A stretch of DNA of 60,163 nucleotides, counting the filler. It is 5 parts of 5 records of this genome, joined end to end, with 100 filler letters (N's around TTAATTAATTAA, not from the genome) between each part and the next. Parts side by side here need not be neighbours in the genome. Positions count along the whole stretch, not along the records: positions 19,516 to 31,303 come from DRR723986_14712; positions 31,404 to 40,735 come from DRR723986_14715; 3 more parts are not named here. The stretch is one strand, 5' to 3'. The first letter of the stretch is position 1. Each line of letters opens with the position of its first letter. Below the pieces are notes generated by a model. That model had not been told where the DNA came from. It saw nothing but the letters and a program-made list of their open reading frames with translations, and did no database searches. Made by a program: the position numbers and the translations under genes. Below, in pieces: positions 22,289 through 32,322 of this stretch.

Positions 22289-23350
22289 TTAGCCGGGCGA
22301 GGTAGCCGCGGGTTCGTAATAGTTGGCGTTGAAGAAGGTCGAGAGGTCGTTAAAGCGCACCCCGTTTTCGCGCATCGCCTGGTGTGCCGCCTTTGCCCCC
22401 ATCTGGCGCAGGTAAAAGGGCTGGCCAACAACAAAGTGGTGAATCCCGTGGGTCGAGCCGAAGTTGAAACAGAACAGCTGCATCGGTGCCATCCACCAGG
22501 GTGTCAGTACCTGGGTTTGCTGCATCAGGCTGCTTACGCCGCCATAGTAGTGCATGTAGGAAGTGACGAAGTTCAGACAAAAGGATCGCAACAGGTTGGG
22601 AGCGATCAGCACCACCACCAACAGGTTAACCAGTTGCATGCCCTGTACTGCCCAGGCGGGCAGGGTCAGCGTCAGGTCGAGCAGTCCGGCTGCCCACAGC
22701 GCCCCGTGGTAGGCGAGAAACAGGTACCAGGCAGCGTAGAAGATCGGGCCTACCGGGAAGGATGCCCCGAGCACTCCAAAAAAACTGAATCGCCGATTCT
22801 CCCTGCCCAGCACCCGCGCACGGACCAGCAGCCCAAGCAGGCCGTCAAACATGACAATGAAGCGGATCAGGCGATTGGCGATGCCGTTGCCTACCAGTCT
22901 TTCTTCGAGGTCCTGCGGCGTCCCGGAGACCTTATGGTGCAGCAGGTGAATGTCGCGCCGGTACCAGGGGTTTACCGTTCCCGGCCGCATCAGCCAAACC
23001 ACCAGCATCATCAGGTTCTGCACCAGCGGATTCTTACGGAAATACAGGCGGTGGATCAGATCGTGCTCCACCTCATGGGCTATCGAGGCAAAAAACGCGG
23101 CGAGGGGGATTGTGAGCCAGGCTGACAACAAGCCCTGGTAGTAGAGCGCTCCAGTCAACACCATGCCGGCGAGTGAGACGAGAAAGCAGGTGAAACCAAG
23201 GGCGTCCTGATGGGCAAGCAAGGGGTAGCGATCACGCAGACGCCGATCCTCGGCCCTGATCGCCGAGACGATACGCTTGATCCGCTCCTGGTCTGACGAA
23301 TCGCTGCTTGGCGACGGTCGGGTAACCGCCTCCTGCAGAGCCTCATTCAC
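22289..23350 (-). CDS. Membrane fatty-acid desaturase family protein
   Basis: Three His boxes (HEVEH, HLLHH, HGIHH) and TM helices. Confidence 0.85.
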   Translation of the reverse strand: MNEALQEAVTRPSPSSDSSDQERIKRIVSAIRAEDRRLRDRYPLLAHQDALGFTCFLVSLAGMVLTGALYYQGLLSAWLTIPLAAFFASIAHEVEHDLIHRLYFRKNPLVQNLMMLVVWLMRPGTVNPWYRRDIHLLHHKVSGTPQDLEERLVGNGIANRLIRFIVMFDGLLGLLVRARVLGRENRRFSFFGVLGASFPVGPIFYAAWYLFLAYHGALWAAGLLDLTLTLPAWAVQGMQLVNLLVVVLIAPNLLRSFCLNFVTSYMHYYGGVSSLMQQTQVLTPWWMAPMQLFCFNFGSTHGIHHFVVGQPFYLRQMGAKAAHQAMRENGVRFNDLSTFFNANYYEPAATSPG

Positions 23351-23570
23351 GCGTCTGCTCCGGGTCTAGGCTTGCTATGCACAGTATAGGTGCACAGAGT
23401 GGCCTGTCCAGCGAGCTGGTACCAAGTACGCGCTATTCCAGGCTCCCGGGCGGCAACACCTCCCACGCGTGAAACTCACCGATAAAGCGAATCGCCACGT
23501 GGGGCGTCTGCTCGGCGCTATAGTCGGAACCGAGATGAACCTCGAAAATATAGTGCGTTGTCACTGCTCC

Positions 23571-24806
23571 TCAGGTTACCCGCGCACGCACCTGGTAACG
23601 GGGCGCCTGATAAAGCCGCTTGCCGACGATCTCACTGAGTGCGGACGCCGCAGCGTTCACCTCAGCAAAACGGTTGTAGAGCGGCGCAAATCCAAAGCGC
23701 AGAATATCCGGTGCTCGAAAATCGACGACAATGCCCTGCTCGATCAGGGCCTGGGCAATGGCATAGGCCTGGGGGTGGGTCAGCGACACCTGCGAGCCCC
23801 GCTGCTCAGCAACGGCGGGGCTCAGGCAGGCGAGCTCGACAAGCGCTGGATCAGCGGCGACAGCAGCCATGAACAGGCTGGTCATCGCCAGCGATTTGTC
23901 GCGCAGCTGAGCGAGATCAACCGCGGCGAACACATCCAGCGCCGCATCCAGCGCCACCATACCCAGAATACCCGGCGTCCCGCTCAGGAACCGGGCAATG
24001 CCATCGGCCGGCTCGTAGGCGGGGTCAAAATCAAATGCCCGCTGGTGGCCCATCCAGCCGCTGATGGGCTGTTGTGCCTGTGCCTGGTGCCGCTCGGCCA
24101 GGTACAGGAACGCCGGCGCGCCGGGACCGCCATTCAGGTACTTATAACCACACCCCACCGCCATATCCACCCCGCAGCTGTCCAGCGCCACCGGCATGGC
24201 CCCCGCGCTGTGGGCGAGATCCCAGAGCACCAGCGCACCAACGCGATGAGCGGCCTCGGTGATCTGGCGCATTGCATGCCGGCGCCCGGTACGGAAATTC
24301 ACCTCAGTGAGCATCAGTACCGCCACTGACTCATCAAGCGCGTCCAGCAGCTGCGCCTCAGGCACCGCCCGCGCCTGGCATCGCCTGTCACCGAGCAACT
24401 GCGCCAGGCCATCGGCCACGTACAGGTCGGTGGGAAAGTTATCCTGCTGGGACAGGATTATCTGTCGCCCCCGGCGCAGCTGCAGGGCCACGGCCAGCAG
24501 CTTGAACAGGTTGACCGAGATACTGTCAGTGCAGATCACCTGCCCGGGCGCTGCGCCGATCAGCGGCGCGATCCGCTCACCGACGATAAGCGGCAGGTCG
24601 ATCCAGTGATGACGATTCCAGCTGGCAATGAGGTCCTGCCCCCATTGCCCGGCAACCGCATCCGCCACCCGCGTTTTGACCGCGCGCGGCAGGGCCCCAA
24701 GGGAATTACCGTCCAGGTAGATCTTGCCCTCGGGGAGCTCAAATAAATCGCGACAGGCCGCCAGTGGGTCATCGCGATCGAGTTGTGCATAGTCAGGCCC
24801 CGTCAT
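23571..24806 (-). CDS. kynU: Kynureninase
   Basis: IYLDGNSLG, DSISVNLFK, NFPTDLY, WDLAHSAGA, PLP lysine in GCGYKYLNGGPG, and RFGFAPLY. Confidence 0.95.
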   Translation of the reverse strand: MTGPDYAQLDRDDPLAACRDLFELPEGKIYLDGNSLGALPRAVKTRVADAVAGQWGQDLIASWNRHHWIDLPLIVGERIAPLIGAAPGQVICTDSISVNLFKLLAVALQLRRGRQIILSQQDNFPTDLYVADGLAQLLGDRRCQARAVPEAQLLDALDESVAVLMLTEVNFRTGRRHAMRQITEAAHRVGALVLWDLAHSAGAMPVALDSCGVDMAVGCGYKYLNGGPGAPAFLYLAERHQAQAQQPISGWMGHQRAFDFDPAYEPADGIARFLSGTPGILGMVALDAALDVFAAVDLAQLRDKSLAMTSLFMAAVAADPALVELACLSPAVAEQRGSQVSLTHPQAYAIAQALIEQGIVVDFRAPDILRFGFAPLYNRFAEVNAAASALSEIVGKRLYQAPRYQVRARVT

Positions 24807-25687
24807 GGCGTCAGCATCCCTGACAACGCGTCGACCAGCACTGAAAAAGCCGGAGTCCCGGGGTGGATCAGGTCGAAATGCCCGGCATCCGGAACCTCGC
24901 GCAAGCCTGCCCCGGCAATCGCCAGCGCCTGGGACCGCGGCACGATAGCGTCCGCAGCACCCTGCAGGAGCATTACCGGCACCGTGATGGCCAGGCTGTG
25001 CGGCGACGCCTGGTGATAACGCTCGGGAACATCCTCCGGCCTACCGCCCATCAGCCGCGGCGTCACTTGCTGGCAGCTGTTGCCGCCTCGGGCGTAGGAT
25101 GGCAAGTCAGTAATTGCCGCCAAGCCGATAACGCCGCGAGGGGCGAAGGGATCGGCGTGGTAATGGGGATGTTCATCGCTAAAGTTTTCCCGCGCCGCGG
25201 CCCAGAGGGCAAGATGGCCACCGGCGGAATGACCGACGAGCGCCACCCGGGTCAGGTCGAGCCTGCCCGGCGCGAGCGCAGGTAAGCGGTCAATACCCAG
25301 GGCTACGTCGGCAAACGTGCCCGGCCAGCCTCCCCCGCTTTCACCGACCCGCCGATATTCAAGGGCCCAGACGGCATAGCCCGCGTCACTCAGCGCTGCC
25401 GCCAGCGGCCGAATATGACCGATATCGTACTCACGAAGCCAGCAGCCGCCGTGGAGCAATACCACCACCGGGTGCCCGTCCGCGGAAACGGGTGCCATAG
25501 CAGGCAACCACAGCTCCCCGAACTGGCTATCCTGTTCGCCGTAGGCTTGCCGCTCCGGGATCTCCGCCACGGCGAGCGCCTGCACATCGGCAAAGCTCAC
25601 TGGCATGGGGGTTTCGGCCCTGGCAGCCAGGCAACCAGACAGCATACCGGCTGCAAGCAGCAGCCGCGTAAAGACATGAAATCGCAC
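24803..25687 (-). CDS. Alpha/beta hydrolase (HGG-type esterase/amidase) with N-terminal export signal
   Basis: HGGCW oxyanion motif, GHSAGG nucleophile, D..VP and GHF; 4-nt overlap with kynU. Confidence 0.85.
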   Translation of the reverse strand: MRFHVFTRLLLAAGMLSGCLAARAETPMPVSFADVQALAVAEIPERQAYGEQDSQFGELWLPAMAPVSADGHPVVVLLHGGCWLREYDIGHIRPLAAALSDAGYAVWALEYRRVGESGGGWPGTFADVALGIDRLPALAPGRLDLTRVALVGHSAGGHLALWAAARENFSDEHPHYHADPFAPRGVIGLAAITDLPSYARGGNSCQQVTPRLMGGRPEDVPERYHQASPHSLAITVPVMLLQGAADAIVPRSQALAIAGAGLREVPDAGHFDLIHPGTPAFSVLVDALSGMLTP

Positions 25688-25882
25688 ACCGGGCGCCCTC
25701 TACTGTGAGGAGCCAGCTTAGCCACGCCAGGGTGGGAAATCTACCGGTGGAGGGCCTGGCACACCGGGATGATAGCGAAAGTTCAGGCCAGGCAGAGAGA
25801 TGGTGAGATTGGTTGCCCGGCAACCGTCGCCCGGCTAAACTAATACCTATTAGTCTGTAGTCCAGCTGGACGAGGTACCCGC

Positions 25883-27241
25883 ATGAACGCTGTCGCTCCC
25901 GATTACATCCACCACAAGGACAACCGTGAACTTGGCCATATTCCCGGCCACTACGGCATGCCCTTGCTGGGCAGTACCTTCAGTTTCGTGGTCGATCCCT
26001 TCAAGACCCTGGATGACAAATACCGCCGCTACGGGCCAGTGTTCAAGGCCTGCCTGACTTTCCAGCGCATGGTGGTTGCCCTGGGTCCCGAATACATCCA
26101 GCAGCTGATGCTGGATACGGACCAGCAGTTCTCGGCGCGGATGGGTTATGACGCCCCGCTGGGCGACTTTTTTGCCGGCGGCCTGCTGATGCGCGATTTT
26201 GCCGAGCACAAATTCCATCGCCGGATCATGCAAACCGCATTCAAGATCGACGCCATGCGTACCTATGTCGACCTGATGAATCCCATTCTCGAAGACCAGA
26301 TAAGCAGCTGGCGCGACCAGCGCGACTTCCACTTCTACCCCAACATCAAAACCCTGCTGCTGGATGTGGGCGCGAAGGTCTTCCTCGGCATGGACCTCGG
26401 CGGGCCGGAAACGGTAGCCCTGAACCAGTCGTTTCTCGACATGAACGAGGGCACCCTCGCGCTGATCCGGCGTGACTGGCCCGGGCTTCGCTATCACAAG
26501 GGGATGAACGGCCGCCGCGAGCTGGAGGATTTCTTCATCAACCTGGTGCCCAAGCGTCGCGGCGTCGAAGGCAGCGACATGGCGACTTTCTTTGCCAATG
26601 AAACCACCGAGGACGGTGATTATTTCTCCGAGAAGGTGGTCGGGGAACACCTGATTTTCCTGCTGCTGGCGGCGCATGATACGACGACCAGCGCCCTGAC
26701 CATGGCGGCCTACTATCTCGCCCACGACCAGCAGTGGCAGGACCGGCTGCGCGAGGAACTGCGTGCCCTGGGCCACGGCGCACTGGAGTACGATGATCTG
26801 GGCAGCAAGGTGCCCGACCTTGATCACTGCTTTAAGGAAACCCTGCGCCTCAACCCCCCGGTACCGATGCTGATGCGGCGCACGGTCAAGGAAGTGGAAC
26901 TGGGCGGATTCACCCTGGCGCCCCATACCATGGTCCAGGTCTCGCCCCTGTACACCCACCGTATGGAGAAATGGTGGAACCGGCCCAACGACTTCGACCC
27001 GGACCGCTTTGCCCGGGAAGAACACAAGCAGCACCCCTTCCTGTGGGCACCGTTCGGTGGCGGCGCGCACAAGTGCATCGGCCTGCACTTTGCCGACATG
27101 CTGTTCAAGTGCGCCCTGTCACAGCTGTTACTGAACTACCGCTTCCGCTTCAAGGACGAGGGCCAGTACCCGAGCAACATCCAGCATTTCCCATTTGCCA
27201 AGCCGACTGACGATCTGCCACTGATTCTGGAGAAACTCTGA
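25883..27241 (+). CDS. Cytochrome P450
   Basis: AAHDTT I-helix, ETLR, FDPDRF and the FGGGAHKCIG heme cysteine. Confidence 0.95.
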   Translation: MNAVAPDYIHHKDNRELGHIPGHYGMPLLGSTFSFVVDPFKTLDDKYRRYGPVFKACLTFQRMVVALGPEYIQQLMLDTDQQFSARMGYDAPLGDFFAGGLLMRDFAEHKFHRRIMQTAFKIDAMRTYVDLMNPILEDQISSWRDQRDFHFYPNIKTLLLDVGAKVFLGMDLGGPETVALNQSFLDMNEGTLALIRRDWPGLRYHKGMNGRRELEDFFINLVPKRRGVEGSDMATFFANETTEDGDYFSEKVVGEHLIFLLLAAHDTTTSALTMAAYYLAHDQQWQDRLREELRALGHGALEYDDLGSKVPDLDHCFKETLRLNPPVPMLMRRTVKEVELGGFTLAPHTMVQVSPLYTHRMEKWWNRPNDFDPDRFAREEHKQHPFLWAPFGGGAHKCIGLHFADMLFKCALSQLLLNYRFRFKDEGQYPSNIQHFPFAKPTDDLPLILEKL

Positions 27242-27330
27242 GCCTCAGCGTAAGGGATAGTCAGGGCCGGCTTGGTATTCGTTCCGGATAGGCCGATAAT
27301 CGGCCTGTCCTGTGTCGAAGGAGCCGAACC

Positions 27331-28335
27331 ATGAGCGAGCAGCACAGACTTCCCGATCTGATTGGCAATACGCCGCTGGTTTACCTGCGCGCGGTGTCGG
27401 AACTCACCGGCTGTAACATCTACGGCAAAGCCGAGTACCTCAACCCGGGCGGTTCGGTGAAGGATCGCACCGCGCTGGGCATTGTCCGAGCCGCTGAGGC
27501 TTCCGGTGAGCTACAACCAGGCGGGGTTATCGTCGAGGGTACCGCAGGCAATACCGGCATCGGCCTTACCCTGGTTGCGAATGCGCTGGGCTACCAGTCG
27601 GTAATCGTAATGCCCCAGGCCGCCAGCCAGGAAAAAATCGACCAGCTGGAAATGCTCGGGGCTGACCTGGTACTGGTGCCCTCCGCTCCCTACAGCAATC
27701 CGCAACACTACATCCACACCGCAGAGCGAATCGCAGCCGGGCGCGCCCGAGAAGAGGCGAACGGCGCCATCTGGGCCCGCCAGTTCGACAACCCCGCCAA
27801 CCGCCAGATCCACTACGACACGACCGGAGCCGAGATCTGGGCACAGACAGCGGGCAAGGTGGACGGGTTCATCTGCGCAGTAGGTACCGGCGGTACCCTG
27901 TCAGGGGTCGCGGCAGCCCTGCGCGAACGCAAACCCGAGGTAAAGATCGGCCTGGTCGACCCGATGGGTTCATCGCTCTATCACTACTACCACGATGGCG
28001 AACTGCGCGCCGAGGGCGAGTCGATTACCGAGGGTATCGGCGTATCCTTCATGCCCGGCAACCTCGACGGCCTGGACGTTGACTTCAGCTGCCAGGTAGA
28101 CGACGAACAGGCCCTGCCCTATGTGTTCGACCTGCTGAAGCACGAGGGCATTTCGGTCGGCGGCTCGGCCGGGATCAATATCGGCGGCGCTGTGGCCCTG
28201 GCCAGAGAGCTGGGGCCCGGGCACACCATTGTCACCATCCTGTGCGACAGCGGGGAACGCTATCGCAGCAAACTATTCAACGCCGAGTTCCTGTGGAAGA
28301 AGAAACTACCCTACCCGGAATGGATAGCGAGCTAG
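27331..28335 (+). CDS. cysK: Cysteine synthase A family PLP enzyme
   Basis: IGNTPLV, KAEYLNPGGSVKDR, EGTAGNTG, QFDNPAN, GTGGT and CDSGERY. Confidence 0.85.
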   Translation: MSEQHRLPDLIGNTPLVYLRAVSELTGCNIYGKAEYLNPGGSVKDRTALGIVRAAEASGELQPGGVIVEGTAGNTGIGLTLVANALGYQSVIVMPQAASQEKIDQLEMLGADLVLVPSAPYSNPQHYIHTAERIAAGRAREEANGAIWARQFDNPANRQIHYDTTGAEIWAQTAGKVDGFICAVGTGGTLSGVAAALRERKPEVKIGLVDPMGSSLYHYYHDGELRAEGESITEGIGVSFMPGNLDGLDVDFSCQVDDEQALPYVFDLLKHEGISVGGSAGINIGGAVALARELGPGHTIVTILCDSGERYRSKLFNAEFLWKKKLPYPEWIAS

Positions 28336-28418
28336 GGCGCAGCTGCGGCGAACCGTCAACAGCAGGCAAAAAATGGCAGCAGGCTTGTCCAGATAAAAAG
28401 CGGCGGCTGGCGACTTGC

Positions 28419-28862
28419 CTATATTGAAAAGGCTATTTTCCTCAGCATCACGGTGATGGCATAGCAAATAATCAAAGAGGCTATATTTACCGCTGCCCTG
28501 CTGAAGAAACTGAGCTCGCTATATTCAATCTTCAGTAATCGGGAAAGCACCAGAAAAGCGCCCATCACCATAAACCAGCTACTAAAAAAACTTTGCCAGG
28601 CAATACCCAGAAGGCCGACGGCCAGGTCGTGCAGGGCCCCGCTCACAGTGAACGCGGCAAGGGTAGCAAACCATTGGGGAAGGTAATTTTTCAGTGGAAG
28701 ATAGATAAAGCGCGCAAGATAAAAACCCCATACAGGATTCCAGTGGCGCCAGAAGTCAGCATTAGAGCCAGCCCCCAGGGAGCGTTCAAGGTTATTTGCA
28801 AGAGAACCCCTGGCACCCAGCGGCACGCCGTTGCGCTTCAGAACATACTCGGAAAGCGTCAT
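28419..28862 (-). CDS. Small MBOAT-like acyltransferase protein
   Basis: FWRHWN and FTVSGALHD match the MBOAT catalytic Asn/His region; visibly more AT-rich than its flanks. Confidence 0.6.
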   Translation of the reverse strand: MTLSEYVLKRNGVPLGARGSLANNLERSLGAGSNADFWRHWNPVWGFYLARFIYLPLKNYLPQWFATLAAFTVSGALHDLAVGLLGIAWQSFFSSWFMVMGAFLVLSRLLKIEYSELSFFSRAAVNIASLIICYAITVMLRKIAFSI

Positions 28863-28876
28863 AGCATCCTCACAAA

Positions 28877-30982
28877 TCAGTCAGGCAATGCGAACACGTA
28901 CAAGGCCTGCCCATTGGCGGGCTGATAGACCTCAGGGGTAATGGTCGCGGTCAGGGCGCGGAAAACACCGATGCCAGTCGGTACCGCAATATACTGTTTC
29001 CCACCCACGCTATAAGCAATCGGATAGCCGTGCAGTGGCGCTGCCAATCGGGTGCGCCAGAGTTGCTTGCCGCTGGTGACATCAAAAGCCTGGAAGTAGC
29101 GCCCGAGATCACCGACAAACGCCAGCCCACCCCCGGTACTCAATACGCCGGTAAGGAACAACTCCCGCTGCTCCACGCTCCACTTTTGCTCCAGGGTTTT
29201 GACATCCCAGGCGGCGAGTCGTCCGAGCTTGCCGTCCACACCCGGCATTTCAAACGTTCTGGAGTCGCCGCCGTAGCCGCCACCACCCGCTGCCTGTTCG
29301 ACCTTGCGACCGACCAGTTCGGAACACAGCTGGTGCAGCGGGATGATCAACGAACGCGCCTCAGGACTGTAGGCGCTGGCCTGCCAGTTGTGGCCGCCAT
29401 AGATACCGGGACAGGCGCTGATGGTGTCACCAATGCCGGCCGCCACGATATCGTCCCTGTACACCAGCTTGCCGCGGACCCTGTCTACCTCCTGGTAGAT
29501 CGTCTGGGCCTGGGTTTCAGCCAGCCCGATAAACGCGCCGCTTGCCGCGTCCAGCTGCCAGAGAATCCCATCTTTGCCAATGGTATAGACGCGCTTCTTG
29601 CCGTCGACGTCGATGATCACCCGCTCGAAGCCGACTTCCATATCAATGGTCTCGCCACCGACGTGCTGGAAATGCCAGGCAATTTCACCCGTCCCGGGTC
29701 GGATCGCCAGGGTCGAATTGGTGTACAGGGCCGCATCACGAGCGCTCATACCGCGACTGGCCGCCACCCAGGGCTTGGCCTGCGAGGTGCCGATGAAGAA
29801 CAGGTCAAGCTCCGGGTCGTAGCTGCCCGCTATCCAGGCATCGCCCCCAGCGCGCAGTTCCGGTGGCAGCCCGGCCCAGGTTGCATCCCCTGGCGTACCC
29901 GGCTGGGCAATCGTCGAGGTGCGCCACAGCTCCTTTCCGGTATCCGGGTCATGACCGGTAATGAAGCAGCCATCCGGGGTATAGAGTTCACAGCCATTGA
30001 TCCCGCTGAGTACAACCCCACCGCCGATAATAGGGCCTGCCGTGTGGGTGTAAGCCTCGCGGTAGTCTGCCTTCGGTGTACGCCACACCTGCTCGCCGGT
30101 GCGCGCATCGATAGCGACAATTGCGGCATCGTAGGTAGCCAGGAACAGCTTGTCGCCGTAGATGGCGATATTGCGAACCGGCCCACCGAGCGTGCGGGCG
30201 GCCTCGGGGAATTCATAGCGGTATTCCCAGATGACGTCACCATTAGCCGCATCGATCGCCTGGATGATATTGCCCGGGTGCGTGAGATACATCACCCCGT
30301 CATGCACCAGCGGCGTCACCTGGTTACTGCCATCCTGCATTGCCAGCGACCACACCAGGCGCAATTCGCCGACATTGTCCCGGTTAACCTGATCAAGTGG
30401 GCTGTAGCCCGCACCGTCACGGGTGCGACGCCAGCTCAGCCAGTCTGCAGCTGGCGGGTCCGACAACATGGCCTCGCTGACCGGGCGAAAGTTCTCCACC
30501 GGGCTGTTGGTAAAGCCCGACTTACTGCGCGCCGCCTCATCAATGGTATCCGCCGAGGCCCAGCTTTCCATCGCCTGGCCGGGAGCCAGCTCAATCAGCT
30601 CACCCGTGCCGATAGCGAGGGGGGCATTCGCTGCCAACGCGCTGGTCAGCGCCAGACCATTCTCCTGCAGCAGGTAAGCGACCACTGCCAGGTGCTGGGA
30701 TTCACTGAACAACTCGCTGTCGCCCGGCGGCATATTCGCCTGGTTGTAACGCAACAACGCGGTGGAATCTCGATCACCCCACTTGTCCAGGAAGGCCGAG
30801 CCGCGCAGGGCCGAACCGTGGGCCGACCCCCGCAGGCTCATGGCATGACAGGTCACGCAGTTCTCGCGATACAGGGACTCACCCTCCCGCAACTGCTCAG
30901 CCAGGCCTCCCGACTCTGCACTGATCGCCAGACTCGAAACCAACAGGGCGGCTAACATCAAACACCGGCGCAGCGCACGCAT
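28877..30982 (-). CDS. PQQ-dependent dehydrogenase with N-terminal cytochrome c domain
   Basis: Signal peptide, CVTCH heme motif, [12 protein letters not shown], Trp-docking propeller repeats, GGHNW and [14 protein letters not shown]. Confidence 0.88.
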   Translation of the reverse strand: MRALRRCLMLAALLVSSLAISAESGGLAEQLREGESLYRENCVTCHAMSLRGSAHGSALRGSAFLDKWGDRDSTALLRYNQANMPPGDSELFSESQHLAVVAYLLQENGLALTSALAANAPLAIGTGELIELAPGQAMESWASADTIDEAARSKSGFTNSPVENFRPVSEAMLSDPPAADWLSWRRTRDGAGYSPLDQVNRDNVGELRLVWSLAMQDGSNQVTPLVHDGVMYLTHPGNIIQAIDAANGDVIWEYRYEFPEAARTLGGPVRNIAIYGDKLFLATYDAAIVAIDARTGEQVWRTPKADYREAYTHTAGPIIGGGVVLSGINGCELYTPDGCFITGHDPDTGKELWRTSTIAQPGTPGDATWAGLPPELRAGGDAWIAGSYDPELDLFFIGTSQAKPWVAASRGMSARDAALYTNSTLAIRPGTGEIAWHFQHVGGETIDMEVGFERVIIDVDGKKRVYTIGKDGILWQLDAASGAFIGLAETQAQTIYQEVDRVRGKLVYRDDIVAAGIGDTISACPGIYGGHNWQASAYSPEARSLIIPLHQLCSELVGRKVEQAAGGGGYGGDSRTFEMPGVDGKLGRLAAWDVKTLEQKWSVEQRELFLTGVLSTGGGLAFVGDLGRYFQAFDVTSGKQLWRTRLAAPLHGYPIAYSVGGKQYIAVPTGIGVFRALTATITPEVYQPANGQALYVFALPD

Positions 30983-31050
30983 AGGGGATCCCTTCTTGTT
31001 ACTTGTTATGGTCAAGGAAGTTGCATCATAGCAGACTTCGCCACAAGCGC

Positions 31051-31302
31051 TCAGGGCAGCACAAGGGACAGGGCAATCGCCAGCATCACCACACCGATCA
31101 CGAAATCGAGTATTTGCCAGGCGGCCGGCTTGTGGAAAATCGGCGTCAGCAGGCGAGCGCCGAAACCCAGACTGAAGAAAAAAGTAAACGACGCCGTTAT
31201 CGCACCAGCACCGAAATACAGGCGGGCATCACCCTCGTATTGCGCGGCAATAGAACCCAGCAAGACCACAGTATCGAGGTAGACATGCGGGTTCAGCCAG
31301 GT
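31051..31302 (-). CDS. argO: LysE/ArgO amino-acid exporter, 3' part (5' truncated by contig end)
   Basis: Frame open to the contig edge; translates [17 protein letters not shown]...AWQILD. Confidence 0.85.
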   Translation of the reverse strand, partial: TWLNPHVYLDTVVLLGSIAAQYEGDARLYFGAGAITASFTFFFSLGFGARLLTPIFHKPAAWQILDFVIGVVMLAIALSLVLP

Positions 31303-31303
31303 A

Positions 31304-31403
31304 NNNNNNNNNNNNNNNNNNNNNNNNNNNNNNNNNNNNNNNNNNNNTTAATTAATTAANNNNNNNNNNNNNNNNNNNNNNNNNNNNNNNNNNNNNNNNN
31401 NNN
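31304..31403. other. Artificial contig spacer
   Basis: N44-TTAATTAATTAA-N44. Confidence 0.99.
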
Positions 31404-31404
31404 C

Positions 31405-31854
31405 AACGCCACCATCGAAGCGGCACGCGCCGGGGAAGCCGGCAAGGGCTTCGCTGTCGTCGCAGCGGAAGTGAAGGAACTGGCCACCCAGACCTCCAAG
31501 GCAACCGAGGAGATCAGCGCCCAGATCACTGCCATTCAGGATGCGACCAAGGACTCGGTCGGTGCGATCGCGGAAATCACCAAGATCATGGAAGAGGTGA
31601 ATTCCTACACCAGCACCATCGCGGCAGCCGTGAGCCAGCAGGGCTCGGCCACCGGCGAGATTTCGCAGAACGCCCAGAATGCCGCCGAAGGCACCACCTT
31701 CGTGTCGTCCTGCATGTCCGACCTTTCCAGTGCGGTCAATCAGACGTCACAGGCTTCCCAGTCGGTTCTGGACGCATCGGAAATGCTGTCTTCGCGCACG
31801 GAAGAGCTGAAACAGGAAGTGGAAACATTCCTGAACGGTGTGGCAGCCGCCTGA
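31405..31854 (+). CDS. Methyl-accepting chemotaxis protein, C-terminal fragment (5' truncated)
   Basis: Reads [27 protein letters not shown] from the contig edge. Confidence 0.93.
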   Translation, partial: NATIEAARAGEAGKGFAVVAAEVKELATQTSKATEEISAQITAIQDATKDSVGAIAEITKIMEEVNSYTSTIAAAVSQQGSATGEISQNAQNAAEGTTFVSSCMSDLSSAVNQTSQASQSVLDASEMLSSRTEELKQEVETFLNGVAAA

Positions 31855-31887
31855 AGCAACCAACCATCGACAATTCATCTTGTCAGG

Positions 31888-31920
31888 AAGGCGCGGACAT
31901 CGTCCGCGCCTTTTCGTTTT
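31888..31920 (+). terminator. Rho-independent terminator
   Basis: AAGGCGCGGAC-ATC-GTCCGCGCCTT followed by TTCGTTTT. Confidence 0.8.
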
Positions 31921-32322
31921 CGGCATCCTGTTTTCGCTCAGAACTCTCCCGACATCAGAGCTCTGCTTTGCGGCAATCAGCCTCCAACCACGTTTATCCA
32001 GAGACTGCACAGGCCAGCCCGCCCGGCACGTTGTTGAGCGCAGGAAACGTCGAGCACCTGAAAAGGCGAGACTTTCAGCCCTGCAACCGTCACGCAGCAC
32101 TTTTCGCGCAGCCAAAACTTTGCTGCACTGCACACGATTATTCACCAAGTGCCTTTAACGTTTACAGGCTGGCCAATTCACACAGGCGGTTAAAGGGAAG
32201 TGTCCGAAGCAAAAATTACGCAGCATCCTGCGTATTTTTACTTGGCAGATTTACTAAACCTTTTTTAGGTTTTTTCTACAATCCTTGATTTCAACCAAAA
32301 TTGTTTCAGATGCCAATTAATC

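Noticed and set aside
21743-27088. Long alternative ORFs 21743-23125, 23469-24329 and 25850-27088
   Set aside because: They lie antisense to well-supported SDR/desaturase, kynU and P450 genes and have no motifs of their own.
21515-28335. Desaturase + SDR + P450 + kynU + cysteine synthase as a biosynthetic gene cluster
   Set aside because: No scaffold enzyme or carrier protein, mixed orientations, and each gene has an ordinary stand-alone explanation.
29030-30955. 641-aa plus-strand ORF
   Set aside because: Antisense shadow of the PQQ dehydrogenase, expected from high-GC codon bias; no recognisable motifs.
31405-31520. Sequence similarity to 34693-34810
   Set aside because: This is the universally conserved MCP signalling hairpin. 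It explains the assembly break and is not a mobile repeat.
32250-32272. Possible CtrA box (CTAA-N7-TTAG) upstream of the HD-GYP gene
   Set aside because: Two mismatches to TTAA-N7-TTAA in an AT-rich stretch; too weak to call.
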